Below, one piece after another: positions 1 to 8,884 of a stretch of DNA of 64,000 nucleotides. Source of the stretch: an uncultured Chloroflexia bacterium (GTDB lineage Bacteria; Chloroflexota; Limnocylindria; Limnocylindrales; CSP1-4); assembly GCA_963746075.1 (NCBI GenBank), contig CAVUZY010000007.1, positions 143,338 to 207,337 on the forward strand, read 5' to 3'. The translations under genes and the position numbers were made by a program. Every line of letters begins with the position of its first letter. Position 1 is the first letter of the stretch. The notes under the pieces were generated by a model that saw only the letters and a list, made by a program, of their open reading frames with translations, had not been told where the DNA came from and ran no database searches.

Positions 1-488
1 CCGATCTCGACCGCGACGATGAAGAATGGCGCCGCGAAGTCCGAGTGGAACGGGGCCGGCAGGACATAGGTCCAGATCAGGTTGGCGAGGCCGCCGGTCA
101 GTGCCCCGGCGATCGGACCTGCCAGGACGCCGACGAGGATCGTCCCGATCGAGTCGAGGTAGACCGGCACCTTCAGCGCGGCCGAGACGGTCTGGCCGAG
201 GATGATGTTGATCGCGATGGCGATCGGGATCAACACGATCGTCCGCGTGTCGAACTGCGACGTGACCGACTCGAGGCGCCCGGTCTGCGCGTACTCGACC
301 ACGCCATAGGCGACGAACCCGACGAGCACGGCCAGACCAAGGAGGACGATGACGGTGTTCTGCGCGGCGATCAAGCCGGTGTTCGGGTCCTTGGTGAGGT
401 CGAGCGGTCCCGCAAGGGTCAGGCCGACCACGACCACGACGAAGAACGCGATGATCCCGACGAGCGCTCGAATCCAGCTCGGGCCCAT
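1..488 (-). CDS. ECF-transporter S-component-like integral membrane protein (N-terminal ~162 codons; 3' end lies beyond the window edge)
   Basis: Not in the ORF track because it runs off the edge. Reverse-strand ATG at 488-486 is preceded by GGGAGG. My translation MGPSWIRALVGIIAFFVVVVVGL...QTVSAALKVPVYLDSIGTILVGVLAGPIAGALTGGLANLIWTY is multi-TM and has the PxYLDxIGT...GPxxG core I associate with ECF S components. Confidence 0.55.
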   Translation of the reverse strand, partial: MGPSWIRALVGIIAFFVVVVVGLTLAGPLDLTKDPNTGLIAAQNTVIVLLGLAVLVGFVAYGVVEYAQTGRLESVTSQFDTRTIVLIPIAIAINIILGQTVSAALKVPVYLDSIGTILVGVLAGPIAGALTGGLANLIWTYVLPAPFHSDFAAPFFIVAVEI

Positions 489-555
489 GTGACCTCCCTC
501 ATGGCGTCCGGGCGCGCCAAAGGCACTCCCAGGTCCACCCTCCGCGGGTAGTGTG

Positions 556-1626
556 CTACGACGGACGCGTCGCCGCCAGCCTTCCGACGCGCTCGACGAA
601 TCGCCGCAGGAACTCGGGAGCGTCGGCCTCGATCGCGACGTCGACATTTGGCGGCCGGCTCCAGACGCCGCGCCAGTCCGCCACGGTCGTGCCCGTCGTC
701 AGGCTCCCGCCGAGCTCGACGTCTACGGTCACCGCCTGCGTCCGGATCAGCGACGGATCCAGCGCCGCCGCAACCGCCAAAGGATCGTGGATGAACGCGC
801 CGTAGAACCCGTCGTAGTGGGCGTGGAACTCCATGTAGAACCGGAGTGCATCGGCGACATAGCGCACGATGGGCCGACTCGCCACCGAGCGCGTCGCCTG
901 CATCGGATCCTCGCCCCGCGCGAGTGCGAGCGAGTCGTCCGGCTCGCTGCCTGCGGCGCGGGCCAGGGCGACGACGTGATCGGGCACGACCTTCGCCTGC
1001 TCCGTGACGTCGAGCCCGAGCGCGACGGCCCGCGGGTGGCCGTGCGCCGCCGCCGACACGCCCCACTCGTGGAACGCGATCTTGGCCGCCTCCGGGTCGC
1101 AGTGGATGTTCCACTCGGTCGTGGGCGCCGTGTTGCCCGGATGACGGTAGGCGCCACCCATCAGCACCCAGCCCTTGAGGAGCCGCGGCAATGCCGGCTC
1201 GCGGAGGAGTGCCACGGCGAGGTTGGTCAACGGGCCGAGGGTCACGAGCGCGATCTCGCCGGGGCGTCGCCGCGCCTCGTCGATGATCACGTCGACCGCG
1301 TGGCGCTCGCTCAAGGGCCGGCTCGGCGGCGGCAGCTCGGCGTGGCCAAGCCCCTGCGGGCCGTGCGTCTCGGGCGTCGTCTCGATCGGCCGGACGAGGG
1401 GCCGGTCGCGACCGAGGGCGACCTCGATGTCCGTTCGCCCCGCGAGCTCGAGGATGGAACGGGTGTTGCGCTCGACCTGGTGGGCGTCGACGTTGCCGCC
1501 GACACAGGTCACCGCGACCAGCTCCGCCTCGGGTGTCGCGGCGGCGTAGAGGAGGGCCAGGGAATCGTCGATGCCGGTGTCGACGTCGAGGATGAGCGGA
1601 ATGGTCACCCGAGGACGGTAGCGCAC
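556..1626 (-). CDS. Inosine/uridine-preferring nucleoside hydrolase family protein
   Basis: 356-aa ORF. N-terminal DVDTGIDDSLAL (DxDxxxDD Ca-binding fingerprint), GNV, TNLA and WNIHCDPEAA motifs typical of the IUNH family. Confidence 0.9.
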   Translation of the reverse strand: MRYRPRVTIPLILDVDTGIDDSLALLYAAATPEAELVAVTCVGGNVDAHQVERNTRSILELAGRTDIEVALGRDRPLVRPIETTPETHGPQGLGHAELPPPSRPLSERHAVDVIIDEARRRPGEIALVTLGPLTNLAVALLREPALPRLLKGWVLMGGAYRHPGNTAPTTEWNIHCDPEAAKIAFHEWGVSAAAHGHPRAVALGLDVTEQAKVVPDHVVALARAAGSEPDDSLALARGEDPMQATRSVASRPIVRYVADALRFYMEFHAHYDGFYGAFIHDPLAVAAALDPSLIRTQAVTVDVELGGSLTTGTTVADWRGVWSRPPNVDVAIEADAPEFLRRFVERVGRLAATRPS

Positions 1627-1681
1627 CCCGGGCTCTGCGGCCGGGTCGAGCGGCGCGGCCAGCCTGCGCGCCGGTCGCTGG

Positions 1682-2473
1682 TCAGGCGGGGACGTGCCGG
1701 TTGCGAGCGAACACGATCGGGTTGTAGGCCATGACGATCACGTACTTGCCACCGAGAGCGCTGAGCGACCCGCCGTTCGAGCCGGGCGGCGCGCCGGCCC
1801 ACGTGCCGCGGCGGCGTGGCACGAACTGCTTGCCCAGGGTGGCGACCGAGATCGCTTCGCGCGGCTTCGGGCTCGGGCCCCAGCGCGAGGAGCCGTACGG
1901 ATAGAGCGGGTCCATGACGACGGCTTTCGTGACCGTGAATTTGCTCGTCTTGCGGGGATCGGCCGTGGCCTGGAAACCGCTCATCACCCAGGCGTGGCGC
2001 CCGGACCACACGAGCAGCCCGACCGGCTTGCCCGTCTCCCGGATGGACTTGGCGGCGAGACGGAGCGCCTGCTGCAGGGTGTTCGCGCCGACGAGTCGGT
2101 AAGGGCCTGCGTCGAGCAGGTTCAGCCCGGCAGTCCAGCCGCGAACGCTCGCTCCCGACCGCTTGAACCCGTCGCGGGTCGGCCCGGACAGGTCGCGTGC
2201 GATCACCTGGAGCCGTCCTTGCGTCCGCCGCGTCCGATCGCCGTCGCCCATGATGTTGAGCATCATCTGCATGCTCGCCCCGACGCACTGGACGAAGTTC
2301 ACCTGCGCCACGAAGTCGTTGCGGTCGGCGAGGTCGAGCCGGTACGGCTTCGCGGCATCGGCGGCCGACGCGGTCCCGGCCGTCGCGGCGGTCGGGGCGA
2401 GTGCCGCGGGCGCGCCGATGATCGCAGCGAGGACGAGCGGGACGATGAGTCCCCGGAGGCGTTGCATCGTCAA
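1682..2473 (-). CDS. Secreted hypothetical protein with papain/C39-like Cys-His arrangement
   Basis: 263-aa ORF with a signal peptide (MQRLRGLIVPLVLAAIIGAPAALA; the ATG at 2467 may be the true start). AQVNFVQCVGASMQ places a Gln six residues before a Cys (papain-like oxyanion/nucleophile spacing). Later GRHAWVMSGF and VVMDP could supply His/Asp. Confidence 0.45.
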   Translation of the reverse strand: MTMQRLRGLIVPLVLAAIIGAPAALAPTAATAGTASAADAAKPYRLDLADRNDFVAQVNFVQCVGASMQMMLNIMGDGDRTRRTQGRLQVIARDLSGPTRDGFKRSGASVRGWTAGLNLLDAGPYRLVGANTLQQALRLAAKSIRETGKPVGLLVWSGRHAWVMSGFQATADPRKTSKFTVTKAVVMDPLYPYGSSRWGPSPKPREAISVATLGKQFVPRRRGTWAGAPPGSNGGSLSALGGKYVIVMAYNPIVFARNRHVPA

Positions 2474-2479
2474 CGAATT

Positions 2480-3158
2480 CTAGCGCTGGTCCGCAAGAAC
2501 CTCCTCCGAGGCCACCAGGGCGGCCGTGCGAACGAGATCGAGCTGCCATGCGGCACGGTCCCGGCCGGCGCCAAGCCGTCGGGCCCAGGACGATCCACTG
2601 GCGGCAAGCATCGTCGGTTCGGCGGGTGCGAAGGCCGTGAGCTCGAGGCCGTGGACCTGCCAGCGCGCGGCCAGGTCGTCAGCGCGCGACCGCATCCAGG
2701 CCTGGCATCTCCAGGCCGTCGCGCGGGTCGATCGAGAGCAGGATCCGGACTCCGCCGCCCGGCGCCAGGAGCGACGCGATCCCGGCCGCAGCCGCGCAGG
2801 CATCGTCCAGCGCGAGGGCGCCACGGAGCAGGAAGCCCCACGGCATCGTGATCGTGACCTCGGCCGCGATCCCGGTCAGCTCGGCGGGCGGACGCTCCGC
2901 GGCCGCGACGACGAACAGCGCGTTCGGGAGGCCGCTCTTCCGTGCTGGGCGGGCGGCACGGAGCGACGACTCGGCCATCGCGACGGCGGCAGCGTCCACG
3001 CCGACGACGAGCGCCGCGGGCTCCCGCCGGGCGCGCGCAAGCACCGCTCGACCGTCGCCGGTGCCCAGGTCGATGACGACCCGCCCGGCGCGAGCGATGA
3101 AGGGATCGAGTTAGCCGACGTCCACCTCGTGGATGCGCCGGCCGACGACGCGCTTCAT
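2480..3158 (-). pseudogene. KamB/NpmA-type 16S rRNA (adenine1408-N1) methyltransferase-like gene, disrupted by an in-frame TAA and a frameshift
   Basis: MKRVVGRRIHEVDVG then TAA (3113-3111). Same frame continues LDPFIARAGRVVIDLGTGDGRAVL...GLPNALFVVAAAERPP...ITMPWGFLLRG...DAVAR. The frame changes near 2681-2690 in a GC-dinucleotide run and continues ADDLAARWQVHGLE...SGSSWARRLGAGRDR. Total ~225 codons, the length and motif order I recall for KamB/NpmA. Confidence 0.75.
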
Positions 3159-3181
3159 GGCCGGGAATCTACACTGCCACG

Positions 3182-3820
3182 GTGCCGCCGTCCCCGAGCG
3201 ATCCGTCGCATCCCATCGGTCCCTACGAGCGGCGTCAGGCAGCGGTCCGGCCGTGGGACCCGCGCGCCCTCGACGTCGCGGCGCGGGTGATCGCAATCAT
3301 CGAGGCCGCCCGGCCCGATCTCCACGTCGAGCACATCGGCAGCACGTCGGTGCCGGGCCTGGCCGGCAAGGGGATTCTCGACCTGGGCACGGAGGCCGAT
3401 CCGGCCGAGATCCCTGCGATCACCGCGGCGATGTACGAGCTCGGGTTCGGGCCGCAGCCCGGTCCGGACCCGTGGCCCCCGACGCGACCGATGCACGTCG
3501 GCTCGGTCATCCATGATGGGGACGAGTTCCGGATCCACTTCCACGTCCATCCGCGCGGATCTGGCGATCTGGACAAAGATCTCCGGTTCCGTGCTGCACT
3601 CCGGGCGGACCCCGCCCTCCGCGACGGCTACGCCGAGGTCAAGCACGGGATCGTCGGGCCGGTCGGCGGGGCGGTCGACCCGGTCCGGTACCAGGCCGAG
3701 AAGGGCGTCTGGATCCTCGACGAGTTCGACCGGCTCGGGATCCCTCGGCCACGCAACATCCAGGGCGGTTCGACCGGCGGCGACGCCGGCCATGGCGGCA
3801 CGCAAGGAGGCACCACGTGA
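3182..3820 (+). CDS. GrpB family protein (UPF0157)
   Basis: 212-aa ORF with [20 protein letters not shown] and later HFHVHP, characteristic of the GrpB nucleotidyltransferase-fold family. Confidence 0.8.
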   Translation: MPPSPSDPSHPIGPYERRQAAVRPWDPRALDVAARVIAIIEAARPDLHVEHIGSTSVPGLAGKGILDLGTEADPAEIPAITAAMYELGFGPQPGPDPWPPTRPMHVGSVIHDGDEFRIHFHVHPRGSGDLDKDLRFRAALRADPALRDGYAEVKHGIVGPVGGAVDPVRYQAEKGVWILDEFDRLGIPRPRNIQGGSTGGDAGHGGTQGGTT

Positions 3821-4317
3821 CGGACGGATCGAGCTCGGGTCGGGTCGGGATCGTCGTCGGCAGCCGCTCGGACATCGGAGCCGCCGAGCGGGCGATGGCC
3901 GTCCTCGACGAGCTCGAGGTCGACTCCGAGATCCGGGTGATCTCGGCCCATCGCGCCCCGGACCTGCTGGCAGGGTTCATCGCCGGTGCCGAAGGGCGTG
4001 GCATCCGCGTCTTCATCGCGATCGCCGGGCTCGCGGCCCATCTGCCGGGAGTCGTGGCGTCGCAGACGACGCGGCCCGTGATCGGCGTGCCGATGGCCGG
4101 CGGCGTCTCCGACGGACTCGACGCCCTCCTGGCGATCGTCCAGATGCCGAAGGGCGTGCCGGTCGCGACGGTCGGCGTCGGCAACGGCGAAAACGCGGCG
4201 CTGCTCGCGGCCGAGATCCTCGCGGTCGGCGACGAAGCGCTCGGCGGGCGGCTGCGGGAGCGGCGCGCGAGTCAGGCGGCGGCGATCGCCGCAGATGCGG
4301 CGAACGAGGGCCTTTGA
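3817..4317 (+). CDS. purE: 5-(carboxyamino)imidazole ribonucleotide mutase
   Basis: 166-aa ORF: [51 protein letters not shown] are canonical PurE class I motifs. Start overlaps the grpB stop (GTGA). Confidence 0.9.
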   Translation: MTDGSSSGRVGIVVGSRSDIGAAERAMAVLDELEVDSEIRVISAHRAPDLLAGFIAGAEGRGIRVFIAIAGLAAHLPGVVASQTTRPVIGVPMAGGVSDGLDALLAIVQMPKGVPVATVGVGNGENAALLAAEILAVGDEALGGRLRERRASQAAAIAADAANEGL

Positions 4318-4321
4318 CGCG

Positions 4322-4341
4322 GCGGTCGGTCGCCCGACCGC
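4322..4341 (+). terminator. GC-rich hairpin 5 nt downstream of the purE stop (possible intrinsic terminator without U-tract)
   Basis: gCGGTCGG-tcgc-CCGACCGc, 8-bp stem and 4-nt loop. No T-run follows. Confidence 0.3.
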
Positions 4342-4450
4342 ACCGGCGAGGGGCCCGCAGACCCAGGAACCAGCGGGCCAGCGGGCCAGCAACCCGGCCT
4401 TCAGGGTCCTCATCGGTTGACGCCGACGCCGGACCGCGCACGCTGTTCCG

Positions 4451-4919
4451 ATGAAGCCAACGCGTCGCGGTGTCGTCGCTGCCGCCGGTCTCCTGCTCGC
4501 CGGCGTCGGCGCGCTCGTATTCGCGGGCGGCCAGGTCGGAGCATGCCTCGGGCCACTCGGCGTCACCCCGATCCAGTGCGCGAAGGCGACCGGGATCGTC
4601 CCGATGGTCGGCCCGGGGCTGCCCCTGTCGACCTTGGCGGTGACGCGGGCGGCTCGCCCTCATCCCGATTCGGAGGGATCGTTGGCGTGGGGCGACGATC
4701 GCCTCCGGGCTGGCCGGCGGGGTGGCGGCGGCCGTGTTCGCCGCGGCCTGGGAGCGCACGTGGACGGGTGTCGACTCGGCGGGTCGGGCGCTGTCGGTCG
4801 ATCGCCCGCTGGACCTCGGGGCCGTGGCCACCGTGGCCATCCTCGCCGGGGCCGTGGCCGGTCTGGGCTGGACCTTCCTCGTCGCGCCGATCCGGGCGAG
4901 GCTGATGACGCGGTCCTGA
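4451..4919 (+). CDS. Small hypothetical membrane protein, apparently split by a frameshift near 4650
   Basis: ORF 4451 starts MKPTRRGVVAAAGLLLAGVGALVFAGG (TM helix) and keeps high GC3 to ~4650. The TM-like text then continues in another frame (..TIASGLAGGVAAAVFAAAWERTW...AVATVAILAGAVAGLGWTFLVAPIRARLMTRS, stop 4919). Could instead be two short ORFs. Confidence 0.3.
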
Positions 4920-4950
4920 GCTGCCGACGTAGGGCAGTCGTACACTCGCC

Positions 4951-5412
4951 GTGATGGATGACGAGCGCTGGGAATCCGGCATGCCGATCCTCGACCGCCA
5001 GGCGGTCGCCGGTGCGGGTGCACCGGCCATCTCCGGCCCTCGGCCGGCCGGGACCCTCCCGCCGAGCCTCCAGGGGCTCCCGCCGCGTTCGGTGCCCGAG
5101 ACCGCCCCGACGCCGCTCCAGAAGCACTACGTCCTGCTGTCCGTCCCGGTACTGATCCTCGGTGCGATCGCGATCACGGCGCTCGAGCTCGGAACGCCGC
5201 TCGGCAGCCCGCTGATCAAGCTCTGCGTCCTGATCGCCGCCCCGCTCCTCGTCCTGACGACGGCCGACGCGGTCGTCCGGATCTGGCGATCGGCCTGGGC
5301 GTGGATGCCGGTCGACCGGACGAAGGGCCTGTTCCGGCTCGCGTGGGTGGCGACGAGCGTCATCGGGCTGGCCGGGCTGATCGCGGCGTCGGTCGTGGCG
5401 GTGCTGGCGTGA
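4951..5412 (+). CDS. Hypothetical membrane protein
   Basis: 153-aa ORF with three hydrophobic helices (VLLSVPVLILGAIAITAL, LCVLIAAPLLVLTTA, VATSVIGLAGLIAASVVAVLA). Stop overlaps the next GTG (GTGA at 5409-5412). Confidence 0.45.
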   Translation: MMDDERWESGMPILDRQAVAGAGAPAISGPRPAGTLPPSLQGLPPRSVPETAPTPLQKHYVLLSVPVLILGAIAITALELGTPLGSPLIKLCVLIAAPLLVLTTADAVVRIWRSAWAWMPVDRTKGLFRLAWVATSVIGLAGLIAASVVAVLA

Positions 5413-6072
5413 CCGGCGCGTCGGCGGCGCACGACCGCGATCCGCTCGGCGACATGCTCGATTCGTTCGGGCGCGGCCCGGACTCGCGCTCGACGGCGAT
5501 CCCGTCCGGCGGCGGCGTCCCGCCGTGGATGGCCGAGATGCTCAACTACTGCTCGCGCTGCGGGACGGAGCTGTCGTTCGGCCCGATCGAGGGCGAGGAT
5601 CGCGATCGGCTCGGCTGCCCGTCGTGCGGCTACATCGCGTACGTCAATCCGCGGCTCGTCGTGACCACGATCCCGGTCACCGACGACGGCAAGATCGTCC
5701 TGCTCCGGCGCGGCATCGACCCGGGCCGCGGCTGGTGGGCCCAGCCCGGCGGCTTCCTCGAGGTCGACGAGACGATCGGCGAGGCGGCGGTCCGCGAGAC
5801 GCTCGAGGAGACCGGGCTTGATCGTCGAGCCGGGCGAGATCGTCGGGCTGTATTCGCGGCTCGAGGCGGCGGTCGTCGTGCTCGCGTTCGAGGCGCGCGT
5901 CGTCGGCGGCGAGCCGCGCCTCAACCCGGAGGCGCTCGAGATCGCGACGTTCACGCCCGAGACGATCCCGTGGCCCGGGATCGCCTTCAAGACGAGCTAC
6001 TGGGCGATCCGCGACTGGCTCCACCGCCGCCGACCGGATATCCACCCGGCCGACCGCCACTGGGACGAATGA
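5409..6072 (+). pseudogene. NUDIX hydrolase with N-terminal zinc ribbon; one frameshift near 5815 as assembled
   Basis: CSRCG...CPSCG zinc ribbon, then the Nudix box GGFLEVDETIGEAAVRETLEETGL in frame 0. The protein continues IVEPGEIVGLYSRLEAAVVVLAFEARVVGG... in the +1 frame (ORF 5818..6072). Start uncertain (GTG 5409, ATG 5454 or 5529). Confidence 0.75.
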
Positions 6073-6860
6073 CCGATCAGCGCGAACGAGACCTCGCCGA
6101 GTACGACCGGGTGACCCACGCGGCGTATCGGATCCTGGCCGAGTGGAGCGGCGGGGCCGCCGAGGTCAGGGATGGCGTCATGCTGACATCCGGTCCCGCG
6201 CCAGAAGCCACGATCGCGAATGCGGCTTTTCGGCTCGATCCGTCCATGGACGGTGACGCGGTGCTCCGCCTGGCGCGAGCGCATTACGAGCGGAACGGCT
6301 ACCGGTTCACGGTCAACGCCACCACCCACCTCGATGCCGATCTGTCCGCGTTCGCCGCGGCGTCCGGCTGGCAACGAGTGCTGGATCTCCCGGCGATGGT
6401 CGTTCGCGCGCCCGTTGCGGCTCCGCGGACGCCCGGCGTTGCCGTGCTCCGACGGGCAGATCCCGACGTCGACGGTGAGCCGTTTGGTCGGATCGCGGCC
6501 ATCTGCTTCGCCGGCGACGATTCCGAAGCGCGAGCCTATCAACAGATGTTTGCGCAGCGCGAGATCCTCGGCGGCCCCGGCATCAGCGCGGTGGTCGCAT
6601 CGGTGGACGGCGAAGACGCCGCGATCGCGTGGAGCGTGGTCGTCGATCAGGCGGCGACCGTCGGGTGGGTGGGCACGCTGCCGCAGTTTCGGCGACGCGG
6701 CCTCGGCGAGCTCGTCACGCGCGCAGCGACCAACGCCGCGTTCGACCTCGGTGCCCGGCTGGTGACCCTCCAGGCATCGCCGTCCGGGGAGCCCGTCTAC
6801 CGCGCGATGGGCTACGAAGCGATCTCGGTCGAAACCATCTGGATGTGGCCGATCGCCTGA
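6069..6860 (+). CDS. GNAT family N-acetyltransferase
   Basis: ATG 6069 overlaps the NUDIX stop (ATGA). C-terminal VGTLPQFRRRGLGELVTRAA is the Q/RxxGxG acetyl-CoA motif. This is the downstream in-frame part of the chimeric 519-aa ORF 5301..6860. Confidence 0.8.
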   Translation: MTDQRERDLAEYDRVTHAAYRILAEWSGGAAEVRDGVMLTSGPAPEATIANAAFRLDPSMDGDAVLRLARAHYERNGYRFTVNATTHLDADLSAFAAASGWQRVLDLPAMVVRAPVAAPRTPGVAVLRRADPDVDGEPFGRIAAICFAGDDSEARAYQQMFAQREILGGPGISAVVASVDGEDAAIAWSVVVDQAATVGWVGTLPQFRRRGLGELVTRAATNAAFDLGARLVTLQASPSGEPVYRAMGYEAISVETIWMWPIA

Positions 6861-6890
6861 TCGCGCCGGGCCCGCTTCGTGCGGTCGCCC

Positions 6891-7229
6891 TCAGCGCTGG
6901 TAGGGAGCCGTCCGGTCGTTGCTGAACCCGTGGCGGCGGCGAACCCACGGTGGGGTCGTGTTGGATGTCGGAACCGTCGCCGCCAGCCGCCGATCCTGCG
7001 CCCAGGTCGCTCGCTCGTCGTAGATCGTCGACCAGTCGATCGGAGTCCTTCGAACCGCAGCCGGCCAGTCCGTCCGTGGCGACGGCGTCGCGGCCGGCGC
7101 GCTTGGAGCAGGGGCCACAACGATCGGGGCGGCATTGCGTGGCGCGACCGGCCCTGGCCCGGCCACTCGTCCGACGACCGCGACGACGAGCACCCCCATC
7201 AGGAGCACCAGCGGCAGCAGAAGCGCCAC
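6891..7229 (-). CDS. Hypothetical N-terminally membrane-anchored protein
   Basis: 112-aa ORF beginning MALLLPLVLLMGVLVVAVVG followed by a Pro/Ala linker. No recognisable family. Confidence 0.35.
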   Translation of the reverse strand: MALLLPLVLLMGVLVVAVVGRVAGPGPVAPRNAAPIVVAPAPSAPAATPSPRTDWPAAVRRTPIDWSTIYDERATWAQDRRLAATVPTSNTTPPWVRRRHGFSNDRTAPYQR

Positions 7230-7281
7230 TCGCGGCGCTCGACCGGAGCCGCCCCCGACGCGTCCGCGGGCCGCGAAGCCG

Positions 7282-8775
7282 TCAGGAGAGGTCGATGAAG
7301 ACGTTCTTCGTCTCGGTGTACAGGTCGAGCGCCGACATCCCGAGCTCGCGCCCGATGCCCGACATCTTGTAGCCGCCGAACGGCGCCTCGGTGTGGACCG
7401 ACGAGTTCGAGTTCACCGAGATCACCCCGGCCTGGAGCGCCTTCGCCGCCCGCAGGCCCTTGCCGATGTCGCGCGTCCAGATCGAGCCCGACAGGCCGTA
7501 CGGCGTCGCGTTGGCGAGGCGGAGCGCCTCCTCCTCGGTGTCGAACGGGATGACCGACACGACCGGGCCGAAGATCTCCTCGGCCGCGATCCGCATGTCG
7601 TTGCGGACGCCGTCGAAGATGGTCGGCATCAGGTACGCGCCGTCGGCGAGGGCCGGATCCTCCGGCGCCGCGCCGCCGACGACGAGCGTCGCGCCCTCGG
7701 CCTGGCCGATCTCGATGTAGTCGGCGACGCGGTCGCGCTGCTTGAGGCTGACGAGCGAGCCGACCTCGGTCTTCTCGTCGGCCGGATCGCCGACCTTGAC
7801 GTTGCGCGTCGCGGCGGCGAACAGCTCGACGACCTGCTCGTGGACCGAGCGCTCGACGAGGATCCGCGACCGGGCGCAGCAGTCCTGGCCGGCGTTGTCG
7901 AAGACCGAATAGGGCGATTCCTTCGCGAACTTCTCGAGGTCGGCGTCGGCGAAGACGATGTTCGGGCTCTTGCCGCCGAGCTCGAGGCTGATCTTCTTCA
8001 CGTTGCCCGCGGCCAGCCGCATGATCTCCTGGCCGGTCGTCGTCTCGCCGGTGAACGCGACCTTGCCGATCCCGGGATGGGCCGCGATCGACGCCCCGGC
8101 GGTCCCGCCCGGGCCCGTGACCACGTTCAGGACGCCGGCCGGGATCCCGGCCTCGAGCGCCAGCTCGCCGAGCCGGATCGCGGTCAGCGGCGTGTACGAC
8201 GCCGGCTTGAGGATCGCGGTGTTGCCGGCGGCGAGCGCCGGGGCGACCTTCCACGAGGCCATCAGCAGCGGGAAGTTCCACGGCACGATCAGCCCGACGA
8301 CGCCGATCGGCTCGCGCAGCGTGAGGTCGAGGCCGGGCTTGGAGACGGGGATCGTCTGGCCGTAGACCTTGTTCGCGGCGCCGGCGTAGTAGTCGAAGAC
8401 GAGGCTCGCGCCGATGACCTCGCCGCGGGCGCCGCTGATCGGCTTGCCGCCGTTGCGGCTCTCGAGCCAGCCCAGCTCGTCGCTGCTCTTCTTGACCAGG
8501 TCGGCGAACTTGGCGAGGCTCCGGCCGCGCTTGCCGGCCGCCCAGTTGGCCCAGCCCTTGCGGTCCTCGAACGCCTTCTGGGCGGCCGCGACCGCGCGGT
8601 CGACGTCCTCGCGGCCGCCGAGCGGAGCCGTGGCGATGACCTTGCCGGTCGCGGGGTTGACGATCTCGAACGTCTGGCCGTCGGCGGCATCGACGGACTC
8701 GCCACCGATCACCATCCGGGCGATCGTGGGGGCGTCGGAGGCCGGCGCGTCGGGGGTCCGCTGGTCGGTCGTCAT
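7282..8775 (-). CDS. NAD(P)-dependent aldehyde dehydrogenase
   Basis: 497-aa ORF with VPWNFPL, FTGETTTG, ELGGKSP and FDNAGQDCCARSR (catalytic Cys), all ALDH-superfamily hallmarks. Confidence 0.92.
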   Translation of the reverse strand: MTTDQRTPDAPASDAPTIARMVIGGESVDAADGQTFEIVNPATGKVIATAPLGGREDVDRAVAAAQKAFEDRKGWANWAAGKRGRSLAKFADLVKKSSDELGWLESRNGGKPISGARGEVIGASLVFDYYAGAANKVYGQTIPVSKPGLDLTLREPIGVVGLIVPWNFPLLMASWKVAPALAAGNTAILKPASYTPLTAIRLGELALEAGIPAGVLNVVTGPGGTAGASIAAHPGIGKVAFTGETTTGQEIMRLAAGNVKKISLELGGKSPNIVFADADLEKFAKESPYSVFDNAGQDCCARSRILVERSVHEQVVELFAAATRNVKVGDPADEKTEVGSLVSLKQRDRVADYIEIGQAEGATLVVGGAAPEDPALADGAYLMPTIFDGVRNDMRIAAEEIFGPVVSVIPFDTEEEALRLANATPYGLSGSIWTRDIGKGLRAAKALQAGVISVNSNSSVHTEAPFGGYKMSGIGRELGMSALDLYTETKNVFIDLS

Positions 8776-8884
8776 CGGTGGGCATCCTCGTCGCTTCGGA
8801 TGGGAGCGGCGGACGGCCGCGGCTTGTGGCCAGATGGTACGCCCGGGTCGGCGCGGGCGGCCTCGGCGCCCTCGCCCGTCCGCG

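Noticed and set aside
5301-6860. 519-aa ORF suggesting a single large NUDIX-GNAT fusion protein.
   Set aside because: Only its first third (NUDIX box) and last half (GNAT) read as protein. The middle (DRRAGRDRRAVFAARGGGRR...) is the out-of-frame read-through after the NUDIX frameshift. The true NUDIX C-terminus is in ORF 5818..6072, and the GNAT has its own ATG at 6069.
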